Shown: positions 48,350 to 50,148 of the stretch, piece after piece
Position numbering within the stretch: position 1 is the first letter of the stretch
Layout: every line of letters starts with the position of its first letter
Source: Basidiobolus meristosporus CBS 931.73
Taxonomy: Eukaryota > Fungi > Basidiobolomycota
Assembly (NCBI GenBank): GCA_002104905.1
Contig: MCFE01000644.1
Coordinates: 1-50,148 of the forward strand
Direction: 5' to 3'
DNA length: 50,148 bases
The notes under the pieces: model-generated
Database searches by the model: none
Seen by the model: only the letters and a program-made list of their open reading frames with translations
What the model was told of the DNA's origin: nothing
Position numbers and translations under genes: made by a program

Positions 48350-48964
48350 ATTGAAGTTCAATCATCTTAACTCCTCATCCTGGAGCCTTCATATACCCAA
48401 TATGGGGTCACATCTTCAGTTCTGGACTCTAGGGCTGGTAAAAATCCCTGAAGCTTGTATGTCAAGCTATTCATGATGGTAACTATAACATCCTCATTAG
48501 TAGTGGTGCACCCAGAGATTCCATCTCATCCACCAGCAGGGTAAATCTGTTAATGTGATTCTTTATTACTTAATCTGGCAACATATTTTGGTAAGGAATT
48601 CTCATGTAAGAAACATTTTCTTAGCAGGCAGACATGACCAGTTTGTGTCTTCTTAAACCTTCTAGGCATTCTGTGTGGTATTTGCTCTTGAGCATTGAAT
48701 TAGCAAATTGTCTTTGACATCAAGGCATATGCAGTAAAAGGTACTCTATTCTTTTTCTGGTACTTTAACGCTTCCTCTTTCACACATTTAGGAGGGCATT
48801 CTTCTTCTGTGACAATTTTACAAATGCCTCTTTCTTATAGCAGCATCTTCATCTTTGCCTTCCACACTTGGTAGTTAGATCTATCCAACTTTTCAGCAGA
48901 GGGAGAAGTTCCAGTAATAGCAGTAGTCCATATTGTAGAGAGTGACAGCTTGGGGCACATAACC

Positions 48965-49312
48965 TGTTGTAAGAGTCCTGGAAATATGGGAAGTGAGGTG
49001 GAGGACAAGTAGATTGTATGATTCCACTTTGTGATTACATTGAATGGAAAAGTAGAATTTATACTTTTACATAGTCTTAGCATAACTAGCATGTAGTAAG
49101 GGTTTAGGGAGGTCCTAGGAACATGGGTGCAAAGTTTGGGGCTGCTTTGACAACCTTGAAAATTTTCATGTTCTAGATATCTGATATTTTGGTAGAGTTA
49201 ATTTGGTAAATCCAATCAAGGAACTTGGTAACTATTGCTTAGAGTTTGAAAGTAATGACATAAGTGACCAACTTAGGTGAATATTTAGATGGAATCAGAA
49301 GCTGTTAAAATG
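48965..49312 (-). repeat. Degenerate copia LTR flanked by both a PPT and a PBS
   Basis: PBS at 48950-48964 on one side and PPT-like CTTCCACTC at 49313-49321 on the other. Confidence 0.75.
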
Positions 49313-50148
49313 CTTCCACTCAACTAAGTATTCATACCAACTAATCCTAATTTTGATCTTAGATATTTAAACTTGTCTCCAGCTAATGGTTTGGTTAATA
49401 TGTCCACAATCATTTATCCAAAGGAGAGTAAATTATGCTAACTAAGTTATTCTTTAAAGCCTCATGTATGAAATGATGTCTAATATCTCTGTGCTTAGTT
49501 CTTGCATTAAAAACTGGATTAAAACCTAATTGTATACATCCCTGATTATGTTGACATAAAGTAATAAGCCTTTTTTGACTTGGGCCAAAATTGGTAAAAA
49601 GCTTTTGCAGCCACAGGGCTTCTTTAGCTGCTTCACAGGCTGCCATGTATATTGCTTCTGTGGCTGAAAGTGCTACAGTTGGTTGCTTTCATGAATCCAA
49701 TGATATTGCTCCTTTGCAGTAAAAAAAGGGAATCCTGCAGAGGATCTTTTATCTTCCAAATTTTGCTCTCAATCAGCATCTCAGTATCCCGCAAATCTTC
49801 TTATAAAGTCCTTTAGGTGTACCTTACGCAGCTACTAGCAGCTCCTTTTAGGTATTTCAAAGTCCATTCAACTGTTGCAACATATTCAGATCCATAGTTC
49901 TGATTATGCTGAATGACAACCCCCGCTGAATACTAAACATCTGGATGTGTTGCAAATATGATACATATCAGAGTGCCAACTTTGGATTGATAAGGAAAGG
50001 CAGGGCTTTCAGATGGTACTAAGCGCTCTTGATTTGGTCAAGTCTTGACCAAGTCAAGGCTTGCCTCCAGTGGAGCAGCTGCTAGTTTACAGTCTTTCAT
50101 TTGGTACTTCTTAAGTATATCTTGAATATACTTGAACTGGCTTAGGGT
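49313..50148 (-). mobile_element. Copia RT/RNaseH 3' portion; runs off the window
   Basis: MAACEAAKEALWL..HNQGCIQLGFNPVFNARTKHRDIRHHFI; homologous to 31300-32150. Confidence 0.85.

Larger units (their letters stand above)
44595..49312 (-). mobile_element. Degenerate copia element lacking its 3' LTR, carrying two PHIS insertions
   Basis: RH/RT 44595-45858, IN ~46070-47050, PR/gag ~47050-48950, PBS 48950-48964, LTR 48965-49312. Confidence 0.8.

Overview
Eukaryotic, very probably fungal, genomic DNA. Evidence: short GT-AG introns with CTAAC branch points, a URA2-type multifunctional gene, and a copia primer-binding site matching the fungal initiator tRNA. The gene set suggests an early-diverging lineage (inference). 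The window has three compartments. (1) 1-~5.6 kb is CpG-poor: LINE and copia remnants plus two glycosyltransferase-like genes. (2) ~5.7-25.5 kb is a CpG-rich gene island: a duplicated-domain hypothetical protein, a probable mitoribosomal protein, URA2 (with an inactive-looking dihydroorotase domain), a degenerate tRNA-like element and a cyclin T/K-like gene. It ends in a block of frame-broken genes: two head-to-head RTA1-like paralogs, a Ser/Thr-stalk + CBM19-like protein and a cAMP-receptor-like GPCR. (3) ~25.6-50.1 kb is an almost CpG-free nest of one Ty1/copia family, a CACTA-like remnant and a PIF/Harbinger-superfamily (PHIS) DNA-transposon family. The most striking system is the PHIS family. 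It includes a near-complete 3463-bp element with AGACTTGTTCC TIRs, AAT/ATT target duplications, and a divergent trihelix/Myb-like gene and DDE transposase. It also includes a 211-bp MITE and ~730-bp near-perfect fold-back derivatives. The intact transposase ORF has no CpG at all, whereas its partner gene 360 bp away is CpG-rich. All calls are by eye; no database searches were run.
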